DNA of 64,000 nucleotides from Armatimonadota bacterium (GTDB lineage Bacteria; Sysuimicrobiota; Sysuimicrobiia; Sysuimicrobiales; Humicultoraceae): NCBI GenBank assembly GCA_037443365.1, contig JBBIOM010000001.1, positions 122,304 to 186,303 of the forward strand, read 5' to 3'. Shown piece by piece: positions 52,432 to 64,000 of this stretch (position 1 is its first letter; each line of letters starts with the position of its first letter). The notes under the pieces were generated by a model. It saw only the letters and a program-made list of their open reading frames with translations, ran no database searches and was not told where the DNA came from. The position numbers and the translations under genes were made by a program.

Positions 52432-53786
52432 GGAGCCGAGACCCGGGCGGGCGCGACGCCGGTGCCGATCCTGACCGTGCGTGGCGCCGGCATGTAGTAG
52501 CTCTGGGAGACAACCTCCTCCTGGATGACCACACCGTCCTGCCGCACGATGCGCAGGGTGCGCGCACGCAGCCCGGATCGGGCCGGCTCGATCCTGATCT
52601 GACCGGAGGGAAGATCGGGGTCGAGCCGGGTGACCACGTGCTGCGGAGCCGGAATGAGCGTGTGGCCAACTACCGCGATGTCGACCGATCGTCCCGGCTG
52701 GCGCGCTCCATACAGCGTGACCGCAACGCGGCGCCCCGTGGTCTCAATCCAGATGTAGATGTGGTGCCCGCTCGTGTTGCGCAGGCGCAGATCAATCAGC
52801 CCGTAGTCAACCGCGGCGTCGCGGCCCGGCGCCAGGTAGGGAACGGGCCTGGAGTGATTCGTCCGAGCCACGATCTCCATGCCGGCCAGCAGCGCAGCGT
52901 TGTAGAGCGTACTGGACACCTGGCACACTCCCCCGCCATCGCCGGGGATCAGCTCGTATCCGATCAGGACAGGCGCCTTCCTGTAGCCGCGGGACGGATC
53001 GCGGGGCCCGACCGTCTGGTTGAAGGAGAACTCGGCCCCCGGGGGCAGCAGCCGGCCGCTGAGGGCGGCGGAAGCGAGCCGGATGTTGTTGACCCTGTCG
53101 GGATCGTTGGCGAAGCGCGTTGCAAACCGCGCGAGCGGCTCCGTCATGCGGTCGGCCATCTCGGTGGTGAAGGCCGGTCGCCGCAGGTGCACGGCCAGCT
53201 CCGCCTCGTCCCGACCCTGCTCCAGCGCGGCGGCCACGCGGGCGAGTGAGGCCGGTTCATCCACAACCACGCCGTCCTGGCTTGGGAACAGCACGACCAG
53301 TCGTCCTCCGGAGACCGTCACAACGGCGTCGCGCGGCTCCGCCAGGAGCGGCGCGACCACCCGCTGAACCGACGCGCGCGCCGCGTCGAGATCAACCCGG
53401 TAGGCGATCGCCACGTGCGCGGGCCGGCGCAGGAGCAGCAGCCGCCGCAGGTACCTGCCCGGGGGCCTGCCGGTGCGGCCCGCGGCCAGGAGGTCTGCCA
53501 CGGTTCGGTCAGGGTCAGGGCGCAGCCCTAGCTCACGCGCGGTGAGCAAGGCGTCGCCTGATGCGGCCCGCACCCTGACCTGTCGCCCAAGCGCCCCCTG
53601 TGCCAGACCCCCAACAAGATCTGCCAGGGCCTCGCTGCTCGCACCTGCCACCGGGAGGCCTTCCAGCATCACCCCAGGCAAGGGGCGCCCCGCGTAGAGC
53701 ACGTCGGCCAGCGCGGCCCAGGCGACCGTCCCGCCCACAACCGCAACGAGCAGCCCCAGCCCCAGCAGGATCAGCCGGCGGCTCAA
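52428..53786 (-). CDS. VanW-family membrane-anchored protein with a C-terminal G5-like region
   Basis: N-terminal TM, FSFNQTVG, GGGVCQVSSTLYNA, GRDAAV; TTG overlapping the rlmB stop. Confidence 0.85.
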   Translation of the reverse strand: MSRRLILLGLGLLVAVVGGTVAWAALADVLYAGRPLPGVMLEGLPVAGASSEALADLVGGLAQGALGRQVRVRAASGDALLTARELGLRPDPDRTVADLLAAGRTGRPPGRYLRRLLLLRRPAHVAIAYRVDLDAARASVQRVVAPLLAEPRDAVVTVSGGRLVVLFPSQDGVVVDEPASLARVAAALEQGRDEAELAVHLRRPAFTTEMADRMTEPLARFATRFANDPDRVNNIRLASAALSGRLLPPGAEFSFNQTVGPRDPSRGYRKAPVLIGYELIPGDGGGVCQVSSTLYNAALLAGMEIVARTNHSRPVPYLAPGRDAAVDYGLIDLRLRNTSGHHIYIWIETTGRRVAVTLYGARQPGRSVDIAVVGHTLIPAPQHVVTRLDPDLPSGQIRIEPARSGLRARTLRIVRQDGVVIQEEVVSQSYYMPAPRTVRIGTGVAPARVSAP

Positions 53787-54580
53787 CCGGTCTCGCCTGC
53801 GCGGCGCGCGATCTGGCGCCTGATCTCGAACAGCACCACGCCAGCAGCCACCGAGACGTTGAGCGACGATGTGACACCGTGCATCGGAATGCGCACCAGG
53901 CGATCGCAACGCTCACGCACCAGGCGTGTCAGGCCCCTCTCCTCGCCGCCCAGAACAAGGGCCAGCGGAGGGGCGAGATCCACCGTGTAGAGACCCTCGC
54001 GGGCCGAGGGATCGGCGCCGATCACCCAGATGCCCTCGCGCTTGAGGCGCTCTGTCGCGGCCGCAAGGTTGGGCACCACTGCCACGAGCACGTGCTCTAG
54101 AGCCCCTGCCGAGGCCGCAGCCACCGTGGGTGTCAAACCGGCTGCACGGCGCCGTGGAATCACCACGCCGTGCGCCCCGGCGGCATCGGCCGAACGGACG
54201 ACGGCGCCCAGGTTGCTGGGATCGACCACGCCGTCCAGCATAACAAGGAAGGGAGGCTCAGAACGGGAGCGCGCGCGCTCCAGGATATCGTGGATCTCAA
54301 CCGTCCGGTGCGCGGCCGCGTGGGCGATGACGCCCTGGGGCGAGCGCGTCCGCGCCTGCCGCAGCAGAACCGCCGGATCCACTTCCTGAACCGGCACGCC
54401 CCTGGCGCGCGCCTCTCCGATCAGGCGGCGCATAGCGCCGTCGGCGGCGCTGCCCCTTGCTACCATCAACCTGCGCAGGGGCCTTCCGGCGCGCAGCGCC
54501 TCCAGGATCGGGTGCTTGCCCTCGATCTGCGCCTCGGAGGACCTCAGGCGCGCGTGTCGCGGCGAGGAGTCAGTCGCCAA
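53783..54580 (-). CDS. rlmB: 23S rRNA Gm2251 methyltransferase
   Basis: DPSNLGAVVRS, LGGEERG, SLNVSVA. Confidence 0.92.
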   Translation of the reverse strand: MATDSSPRHARLRSSEAQIEGKHPILEALRAGRPLRRLMVARGSAADGAMRRLIGEARARGVPVQEVDPAVLLRQARTRSPQGVIAHAAAHRTVEIHDILERARSRSEPPFLVMLDGVVDPSNLGAVVRSADAAGAHGVVIPRRRAAGLTPTVAAASAGALEHVLVAVVPNLAAATERLKREGIWVIGADPSAREGLYTVDLAPPLALVLGGEERGLTRLVRERCDRLVRIPMHGVTSSLNVSVAAGVVLFEIRRQIARRAGETG

Positions 54581-56070
54581 CGGCTCCCTCCGGGCAGGTC
54601 CTCAACGGCGATGCCTGCCTGGCCCAGGTGCGCGCGTATCGAATCGGCCAGGTCGAATCGCCTTGCCTCGCGCGCCAGCGCGCGTCCAGAGAGAAGCAGC
54701 GCCAGCGCGTCCCCGGCATCTCCGGCTCTGGTCTCGCCCGAAAAGAGCGTCGGATGCGCCATTCGCATCTCTTCCAGCAGCGCGAGGATGGCCGCCGCCG
54801 CCTCTGCCGGGATCGCGTCCCGCACCACGCGCAGCCCTAGAATGCCCGCCAGAGTGCGCAGGACCGCGGCGGCAGCAGCCATTCCGCCCGAGGATCCCAG
54901 ATCCCCTGCCATGGCGGCTGCGCATGCCCGGTTGATCTCGGCCGCCAGGTCGAACAGCACCGCGATGGCCCCGGGAGTCCCGAAGTCGTCGTCCATTGCG
55001 CGTTCAAACGCGGCCTTGCTCTCCTGGGCCTTCTCCGCCAGCGGGCCGTCCAAAGGCAGCGTCGGGTCAGATCCCGTCACTGTCTCGGCATTGGCCAGGG
55101 CGGCCCTGAGCCGCTCCATGCCCCGCTCGGCGGCGTCCACCGCTTCTTCGGTCCAGCGCGACGGCGTCCGGTAGTGCGCCGAGAGAACGAACAACCTGAT
55201 GACGTCGGCGTCGTACCGTGCCAGCGCGTCCTGGATCGACACGAAGTTGCCCAGATGGCGGTGCATCTCGTCGCCGACCGGCGGCTTCATCAGCGCGTTG
55301 TGCACCCAGAAGCGCACGAAGGGGGTCTTGCCCGTGTAGGCCTCGGACTGCGCTATCTCGTTCTCGTGGTGCGGGAACCGCACATCGTCCCCGCCGCCGT
55401 GCAGGTCGATCTGCTCCCCGAGATACTGCATGGACATGGCCGAGCACTCGATGTGCCATCCCGGCCGTCCCCTCCCCCAGGGGCTCTCCCACCAGGGCTC
55501 CCCGGGCCCAGAGGCCTTCCACAGCGCGAAGTCCATCGGGTGTTCCTTGCGCTCGTCCACCTCGACCCTGGCGCCGGCCTGCATCTGCTCCAGCGATCGG
55601 CCCGACAGCGTGCCGTACCCGGGAAAGGAAGTGACGCGGAAGTACACGTCGCCGTCTATCGCATAGGCATGACCGCGATCGATCAGCCCCTCTATGATCT
55701 CGATCATCTTGGGGATGACCTCGGTGGCCCGCGGGTAGTGGTGGGCGCGCTGCACGTTGAGGGAGTCCATCTCGGCCAGGAACCGGTCAATGTACTCCTG
55801 GGCGATCGCAAAGATGCTCCTGCCCTCTTCCTGCGCGCGCACCACGATCCGGTCTTCGATATCGGTGAAGTTCTGAACGTGACGAACCTGATAACCCCGC
55901 TGCTCCAGGTGGCGCCTCACCACGTCGAAGAAGATGTACGAGAGGGCGTGACCCACGTGCGCCGGGCCGTACAGGTTGGGGCCGCAGACATACATGCTGA
56001 CCCTGCCGGCAACCAGCGTCTCGAACGGCTCCTTCCGCCGTGTCAATGAGTTGTGGATCTCCAGGCCCAT
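54544..56070 (-). CDS. cysS: Cysteine--tRNA ligase with aberrant KMSKS
   Basis: YVCGP, HVGH, NFTDI, DFALWK, GRPGWHIECSAM, FPHHENE. Confidence 0.92.
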   Translation of the reverse strand: MGLEIHNSLTRRKEPFETLVAGRVSMYVCGPNLYGPAHVGHALSYIFFDVVRRHLEQRGYQVRHVQNFTDIEDRIVVRAQEEGRSIFAIAQEYIDRFLAEMDSLNVQRAHHYPRATEVIPKMIEIIEGLIDRGHAYAIDGDVYFRVTSFPGYGTLSGRSLEQMQAGARVEVDERKEHPMDFALWKASGPGEPWWESPWGRGRPGWHIECSAMSMQYLGEQIDLHGGGDDVRFPHHENEIAQSEAYTGKTPFVRFWVHNALMKPPVGDEMHRHLGNFVSIQDALARYDADVIRLFVLSAHYRTPSRWTEEAVDAAERGMERLRAALANAETVTGSDPTLPLDGPLAEKAQESKAAFERAMDDDFGTPGAIAVLFDLAAEINRACAAAMAGDLGSSGGMAAAAAVLRTLAGILGLRVVRDAIPAEAAAAILALLEEMRMAHPTLFSGETRAGDAGDALALLLSGRALAREARRFDLADSIRAHLGQAGIAVEDLPGGSRWRLTPRRDTRA

Positions 56071-56131
56071 ACTGCCACCTCGCCTGTAGAGTCTATCGGC
56101 TCGTTGCCGCGGTCACAAGGGGAACCCGCCC

Positions 56132-56491
56132 CTACGGCAGGCGGGCGAGGGGGATGGCGTCGAGCTCGGCGCAGACTTCCCAGCGGCGGCGGGAACGCAG
56201 CGTCAGGGCATCGGCACACCGGATGGAACGCAGGTCGAACGCGCCCCGGTCGGTCAGGACGCGGTGGTAGGTGGCGTCGTACTCGCGGCGCGTGGCGACA
56301 AGTCGAGAGATGGCATAGAACTGGTTGTCGCGCCAGAACCCGACCAGGCGCGGTCGGAACGCCAGGGGCCGGTCCACCTCGACCGCGATCGGATCACTGA
56401 GCACGGCGCGCTCGATGAACAGCATCTCCGGGGGGGGCTCGTCCTCGACTTGGCGGCGGCGACCCCGGACCGAGCGGGCAGAGCGGTGCAT
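56132..56491 (-). CDS. Small hypothetical protein (possibly DUF6504-like)
   Basis: Fills the ispDF-cysS gap, starts next to the ispDF stop; FWR...YHRV...GAFDL. Confidence 0.6.
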   Translation of the reverse strand: MHRSARSVRGRRRQVEDEPPPEMLFIERAVLSDPIAVEVDRPLAFRPRLVGFWRDNQFYAISRLVATRREYDATYHRVLTDRGAFDLRSIRCADALTLRSRRRWEVCAELDAIPLARLP

Positions 56492-56492
56492 G

Positions 56493-57659
56493 CTACTCCA
56501 CCCTTCGCAGCAGCGCCACGGCGTGGGATTCTATGCCTTCGCCCCGGCCGATGGGTCCCATGCCCTCGGCGGTACCGGCCTTGATCCCTATCTGGCCCGG
56601 CTCCACACCCAGCGCCACAGCCAGGCGCGAGCGCATCGCCTCAACATAGGGCGCCAGACGGGGCGCCTCGGCCAGCACGATGGCATCCACGTTGACAACG
56701 CGCCATCCGCCTGCATGGAGCATGCCAGCAACGGACGTGAGCAGCCTGATGCTGTCGGCGTCTCGGAACGCGGGATCCGAGGGGGGGAAGTGGCAGCCGA
56801 TGTCACGCATGCCACAGGCGCCCAGCAGCGCATCCATGATCGCGTGCGCGAGGACGTCGGCGTCGGAATGCCCGGCCAGGCCCCGCGCATGGGGCACGTG
56901 CACGCCCCCTAGCACGAGCGCCCGGCCCGGCGCCAGCCGGTGCAGGTCGTGTCCGAAGCCCACGCGCATTCCCCCGCCGAATGCCTGGCCTTCCCTGTGG
57001 CGCGCCAGGTCGAGGTCGGCCTCGGTGGTGATCTTGAGGTTGGCGGGATCGCCCGCGACCACGGCCACTGGCTCGCCCAGCGCCTCGATGAGCGCGGCGT
57101 CGTCGGTGGCTGGAACCGCGGTGGGCACAAGCATGTGCGCCCTGCGCAGGAGTGCGGCGTCGAACGCCTGCGGCGTCTGCACCGCGGCGAGCCCGGCGCG
57201 GTCTACCGTGCGGCGGACCATGCTCTGATCCACCTCCTTGAGCGTATCGACAACCGGGATCGCTGCGGTGGCCGCGCCCCACCGCCGCGCCGCCTCCAGC
57301 ACGCGCTCAATCAGGGCACAGGTGACAAAGGGGCGGACCCCGTCGTGGACCACCAGCCACCGAGCCTCGGGCAGCGCGGCAAGCCCCGCGGCCACGGATC
57401 CCCGGCGCTCGGCGGCGCCCGGAACCACCGCGGACACCTTGCCTGCCAGACGCCCGGCCAGGGAGGCGACGTGCTCGGAGCCTGTCACGACGACGATCCG
57501 GTCGATCGCAGGGCAGCGCTCGAATACCTGCACCGTCCTCTCCAGGATCGTGGTGCCCCCCAGCAGCCGCAGCGGCTTGGACACCGCGCCCGGCAGGCGT
57601 CGGCCGCTGCCTGCGGCAACGATCACCGCGCCTGTGGAGCCGGGCCGCCCGGCGCTCAC
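56493..57659 (-). CDS. ispDF: Bifunctional IspD/IspF
   Basis: AAGSGRR, VHDGVRP, QTPQ, KITT; GFGHDLH, GHSDADV. Confidence 0.95.
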   Translation of the reverse strand: MSAGRPGSTGAVIVAAGSGRRLPGAVSKPLRLLGGTTILERTVQVFERCPAIDRIVVVTGSEHVASLAGRLAGKVSAVVPGAAERRGSVAAGLAALPEARWLVVHDGVRPFVTCALIERVLEAARRWGAATAAIPVVDTLKEVDQSMVRRTVDRAGLAAVQTPQAFDAALLRRAHMLVPTAVPATDDAALIEALGEPVAVVAGDPANLKITTEADLDLARHREGQAFGGGMRVGFGHDLHRLAPGRALVLGGVHVPHARGLAGHSDADVLAHAIMDALLGACGMRDIGCHFPPSDPAFRDADSIRLLTSVAGMLHAGGWRVVNVDAIVLAEAPRLAPYVEAMRSRLAVALGVEPGQIGIKAGTAEGMGPIGRGEGIESHAVALLRRVE

Positions 57660-57660
57660 C

Positions 57661-58749
57661 TCACCGCTGCCCTGGATCGGGCTGAGCCGCGGGCCCATTC
57701 GATCGGGGACGCGCGAAGATCATGCGCCCGGCAGAGGTCTGGAGCGAGCTGGTCACGACCACGCCCAGGGTTTCTCCGATGTAGCGCCGGCCGCCTTCGA
57801 CAACAACCATCGTACCGTCTTCCAGGTAGGCCACGCCCTGCCCGGCCTCCTTGCCGTCACGCACGACGCTCACCTGCAGCTCCTCGCCCGGGAGAACGGC
57901 CGGGCGAAGGGCTTGGGCCAGCTTGTTCACGTTCAGGACGCGCACACCCTGCAGCTCGGCCACCTTGCTCAGGTTGAAGTCAGTCGTCACGATGGACGCG
58001 TGGTGCTGCCGGGCCAGCGCCACCAGATGCGCGTCCACGTCGCGGCCGGGCGGGGCCTCCTCCTCCAGGATCTGCACGCTCGCCAGCTCGCGCCGCAGAT
58101 CGTTCAGGATGTCCAGGCCTCTCCTGCCCCGGCTGCGCCGAAGCGCGTCGGAGGAGTCGGCTATGCGCTGCAGCTCGGTAAGCACGGAGCGGGGCACGAC
58201 CAGCGGTCCGTCAAGGAATCCGCAGAGGGATATCTCGGTAATGCGGCCGTCTATGATCACGCTGGTGTCCAGGAGCTTGGGGTGCGCCTGCGGGGCCGGG
58301 TTGCCCCGGGCCGACTGCTGGCCCCCCCGAGAGAGCGCGCCGGCGATCTCCTCGCGCCGCCGGAGGGCGATGTGAAGACCGAGATACCCCAGGATGATCC
58401 CTGCCAGGAGGCGCACGTAGGGTCCGACCAGGGGCAGCCCTTCCATGAGGTACCCTATGAAGAACGCCAGGACCAGACCCGAGGTCAGGCCGAACGCCGC
58501 CAGGAACAGGTCGTGGAGCGACAGGTGCGAGAGCCCACCCAGTACCCAATCCATGGCGCGCACGAACACCCGGGCCACGCGGGGACCGAGCAGCATGCCG
58601 ATCAGCCCGCCCACGACCACGCCGGCGGCCTCGTCCAGGAGCCCCAAGCTCCGCGCGGCCGGGAGCCAGGCGTGTGCGAACATGATCGCCTGGTATCCGG
58701 CAAGGCCACCGAGCAAGACCCCGGCGACGCGCGCAAACGGGTCACGCAT
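57661..58749 (-). CDS. yacL: PIN/TRAM-domain membrane protein (YacL-like)
   Basis: LDTSVIIDGRI, RGRRGLDIL, YLEDGTMVVVE, GRMIFA. Confidence 0.9.
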   Translation of the reverse strand: MRDPFARVAGVLLGGLAGYQAIMFAHAWLPAARSLGLLDEAAGVVVGGLIGMLLGPRVARVFVRAMDWVLGGLSHLSLHDLFLAAFGLTSGLVLAFFIGYLMEGLPLVGPYVRLLAGIILGYLGLHIALRRREEIAGALSRGGQQSARGNPAPQAHPKLLDTSVIIDGRITEISLCGFLDGPLVVPRSVLTELQRIADSSDALRRSRGRRGLDILNDLRRELASVQILEEEAPPGRDVDAHLVALARQHHASIVTTDFNLSKVAELQGVRVLNVNKLAQALRPAVLPGEELQVSVVRDGKEAGQGVAYLEDGTMVVVEGGRRYIGETLGVVVTSSLQTSAGRMIFARPRSNGPAAQPDPGQR

Positions 58750-58846
58750 TATCAGGGCACACTGCCAAGAGACGTATTATGCCGGTCTTCGCGCCCGAGT
58801 ATACCACACCGCCCCGCGGCCCGAGAAGCGGGGCGGCGCGCGCAAA

Positions 58847-58876
58847 TTGACAGGGCCGCCTACCGGTCTCTATAAT
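58847..58876 (+). promoter_or_regulatory. Consensus sigma70 promoter
   Basis: TTGACA-18 nt-TATAAT. Confidence 0.8.
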
Positions 58877-58927
58877 CAGAATCGCGTTGTCGAGCAAGTG
58901 AGTCCCGACCACGTCGAGGTGGCACGA

Positions 58928-59323
58928 ATGGCGAAGATCAGCGAAGGCACCTTCCAGAACGCCGTCGCCGAGTACCTGATCCGCCACCGCAGCATCCTCG
59001 ACGTACAGAGCAAGCTCTCGGAAGCCACGGCCCGCGTGAACCGAGCCGTCGCCAAGTCGGTGACGAGCTGCGGCTGCATAAGGATTCAGGCCGGCCGGCA
59101 GCATTTCCCCGCGGACCTCGGCATGGCGGAGTTACGCGGCGCCATGCAGACCCACCTGGACGGCGCCTTGTGCGAGCGGTGCCGGGAAGTCCTCGAAACC
59201 GAGATCGGGATGGCGCTGTTCTACCTGGCCGCCACCTGCAACCTTCTCGATCTCGACTTCGGAGAGATCCTGCGCAAGGAGCACGGCCGGGCCGTCTCGC
59301 TGGGGGTCTTCCGCCTCACCTAG
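58928..59323 (+). CDS. Conserved hypothetical protein with Cys motifs
   Basis: LIRHRSILD, AKSVTSCGC, LCERCRE; own promoter and GAGG RBS. Confidence 0.75.
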   Translation: MAKISEGTFQNAVAEYLIRHRSILDVQSKLSEATARVNRAVAKSVTSCGCIRIQAGRQHFPADLGMAELRGAMQTHLDGALCERCREVLETEIGMALFYLAATCNLLDLDFGEILRKEHGRAVSLGVFRLT

Positions 59324-60677
59324 GGGCCTGGAGCAGCGCCCGCAGCGCATCTGTCAGGCTTCCCACCCGCACCAGTTCCAGGCCAGTTGGCGCCCTGAGG
59401 GACTCCAGCCGCGGCACCACGGCCCGCGCGAACCCCAGCCGGGCGGCCTCTGCGAGCCGCTTCTCCATCTGCGGAACGGCGCGCACCTCCCCGGCAAGAC
59501 CCACCTCGCCCATGACAACGGTCCTGGGATCCACGGGCAGGTTGCGCAGGCTGCTGGCCACGGCCGCGGCGATGCCCAGGTCGGCAGCCGGCTCGTCCAC
59601 CGATATCCCACCGGCGATGCTGGCGTACACATCCTGGCCCGAGAGCGCCAGGCCGCCACGGCGCTCCAGCACCGCGAGCAGCACCAGGAGCCGGTTGTAG
59701 TCCACGCCGGCCGCGGTCCGCCGGGGCATGCCGAACGAGGTGGGAACGGTGAGCGCCTGCACCTCCACGAGCAGGGACCGTGATCCCTCGATCGCGCAGA
59801 CGACCACCGAGCCGGGCGCCGCTTCCGGGCGCTCGGAGAGGAACGCGGCAGACGGATTCGGGACCTCGACCAGTCCCTCCGCGGCCATCTGGAAGACGCC
59901 AATCTCGTTCGTGGAACCAAAGCGGTTCTTCGTGGCGCGGAGAACGCGGTATGCGTGGTGACGGTCGCCCTCGAAGGCCAGCACCGTGTCGACCAGGTGC
60001 TCGAGGACCCGCGGCCCGGCAATCGCTCCCTCCTTGGTGACGTGGCCTACCACGAATGTGGCGACCCCCTGGTCCTTGGCCAACCGGATGAGAGCGGACG
60101 TGCACTCGCGGACCTGCGCCACGCTCCCCGGCGAAGACGACACGTCTCCCCTGTGCACGGTCTGGATCGAATCCACAACCAGCATGTCCGGTCGAAGCCG
60201 GTCCGCAGCCTGGATGACCGCTTCCATCTCGACCTCGGCCAGCAGGAACAGGAGGGGCGCAACCGCGCCCAGGCGCTGCGCGCGGAGCTTCATCTGGTGC
60301 ACCGACTCCTCGGCGCTGACGTAGAGGACGCGGCGTCCGGCGCGCGCCGCTCGGTCGGCGGTCTGCAGCAACAGCGTGGACTTGCCGATGCCGGGATCCC
60401 CTCCGACCAGCACCACTGAACCGGCCACAGCCCCGCCGCCCAGGACCCGGTCGAACTCCGTGGAACCGGTCGGCTGGCGGATCTCTGCCGGAGCGGATAC
60501 CTCGGCCACGGAAACAGGCTCGGCTACGGGGGTCTGGCGAGCGGGCGTCGGGTGGGGTCGCTCCACCTCTTCTACGAGCGAGTTCCACTCCCCGCACGCC
60601 GGGCAGCGTCCAAGCCACTTGGCCGCCGCGTGCCCACAGCCCTGGCAGACGTACCTGATGCGTGTGCGGTCCGTCAG
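59316..60677 (-). CDS. radA: DNA repair protein RadA (probable CTG start)
   Basis: YVCQGCG..KWLGRCPACGEWNS zinc finger upstream of the track start; GDPGIGKST, KNRFG. Confidence 0.93.
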   Translation of the reverse strand: MTDRTRIRYVCQGCGHAAAKWLGRCPACGEWNSLVEEVERPHPTPARQTPVAEPVSVAEVSAPAEIRQPTGSTEFDRVLGGGAVAGSVVLVGGDPGIGKSTLLLQTADRAARAGRRVLYVSAEESVHQMKLRAQRLGAVAPLLFLLAEVEMEAVIQAADRLRPDMLVVDSIQTVHRGDVSSSPGSVAQVRECTSALIRLAKDQGVATFVVGHVTKEGAIAGPRVLEHLVDTVLAFEGDRHHAYRVLRATKNRFGSTNEIGVFQMAAEGLVEVPNPSAAFLSERPEAAPGSVVVCAIEGSRSLLVEVQALTVPTSFGMPRRTAAGVDYNRLLVLLAVLERRGGLALSGQDVYASIAGGISVDEPAADLGIAAAVASSLRNLPVDPRTVVMGEVGLAGEVRAVPQMEKRLAEAARLGFARAVVPRLESLRAPTGLELVRVGSLTDALRALLQAPR

Positions 60678-60680
60678 GGG

Positions 60681-63137
<2,457 letters not shown>

Positions 63138-63325
63138 CGCCACCGCACTCCCCTCTCGTTGTAGGGTGAGAGGAACCCCTGACCACGTCGGTCTAATCTT
63201 CTCTCAGGCCTGCTCGTGATCCTGCCAACCAGCCCCGACGACCCGGGATCGCCAGGGGCTTCAGCCCGAACTACGGCGACGGGACCCGGGGCATTCCCGG
63301 TCAGGGGCGTGTCCCTGCGTAGGGG

Positions 63326-63832
63326 CTACTGTACTATCTCAAGGATCTTGTACCGCAGCTCGCCGGCCGGGACGCGGATCACCACGGTCTCGCCCTTCCT
63401 GCGCCCGATGAGCGCTCGACCCACCGGCGACTCGTTGCTGATGAGGTCACGCAGGGGGTCAGCCTCCGGGGAGCCGACGATCGTGTACCGCAGTTCGGAC
63501 CCGGTGGCGAGGTCTCTGAGGCGAACCGTGGCGCCTGCCGCGACCACGTCGCCGGGGGTGGTGGCGCCGTCAATCACGCGCGCGCTGCGAAGCATCTGGT
63601 CAATCTCGAGAATCCGCCCTTCCACAAAGGCCTGCTCGTTCTTGGCGTCGTCGTACTCGGCGTTCTCTGTGAGATCGCCGTACTCCTTTGCCACTCTGAT
63701 ACGCTCTGCGATCTCCTTGCGACGCGGCCCCCGAAGCTGCTCGAGCTCCTCCTCGAGCCTGCGCACTCCCGAACTCGTGAGGATGATCTCCTTCTCGGTG
63801 TTGTTGGGTCGGGCGTTCCTGTTGGTCTTCAT
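63326..63832 (-). CDS. greA: Transcription elongation factor GreA
   Basis: GDLTENAEY, ISNESPVGRAL. Confidence 0.96.
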   Translation of the reverse strand: MKTNRNARPNNTEKEIILTSSGVRRLEEELEQLRGPRRKEIAERIRVAKEYGDLTENAEYDDAKNEQAFVEGRILEIDQMLRSARVIDGATTPGDVVAAGATVRLRDLATGSELRYTIVGSPEADPLRDLISNESPVGRALIGRRKGETVVIRVPAGELRYKILEIVQ

Positions 63833-63917
63833 CTGGCGTCACCCGGGCGCCGCCCTGGCCGCAACTGACACCGACCGCCGGGCGTGAACCCGGCGGTCGC
63901 GGCGACTACCTGCTGCA

Positions 63918-63946
63918 AGCATACTCTCGGGGGCAGGGCCGGTCAA
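63918..63946 (-). promoter_or_regulatory. Sigma70-type promoter of greA
   Basis: TTGACC-17 nt-TATGCT. Confidence 0.6.
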
Positions 63947-64000
63947 GCGCGGGAGGCACGCCTGTCCGCCGCGCGCCTGATGGAGGCGATCTCCCCGGGC

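Noticed and set aside
63312-63326. CCTGCGTAGGG resembling a TPP riboswitch 3' end
   Set aside because: Wrong strand for clpC, and the rest of the aptamer is missing

Overview
High-GC (roughly 70%) bacterial chromosome segment with no CRISPR array, integrase or transposase recognised. The core genes (greA-clpC-radA-yacL-ispDF-cysS-rlmB-sigH, rpoD, dnaG, EF-G2, HU, class I lysS, ahcY, three tRNAs) show Bacillota-like synteny, but the taxon cannot be fixed from the sequence alone. Accessory content, left to right: (1) arcB plus an arginine-synthetase-like gene, GNAT and C45 hydrolase; (2) a PyrR-type leader before a cytosine-deaminase-like gene; (3) a sugar/sugar-phosphate ABC, PfkB and GH4 catabolic cluster; (4) the standout feature, a complete linear azol(in)e RiPP cluster (20887-26609) whose 41-aa precursor, MELQIVELESMTLFDRGG-DIIIA-C7-S-G7-ENM, is missing from the ORF track and is accompanied by an E1-like C protein, YcaO, SagB, an ABC exporter and an RRE-M50 protease; (5) a c-di-GMP-I riboswitch heading three secreted glycoside hydrolases, convergent on a ugd-uxs-GT2-GH26 operon (candidate xylan-type exopolysaccharide); (6) a lower-GC SAM-I riboswitch-metY-metA block next to tRNA-Gly. 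Other oddities are a CysRS whose KMSKS motif reads EMHRH, probable non-canonical starts (radA and the first glycoside hydrolase) and a structured clpC leader. All calls come from reading motifs by eye; no database searches were run.
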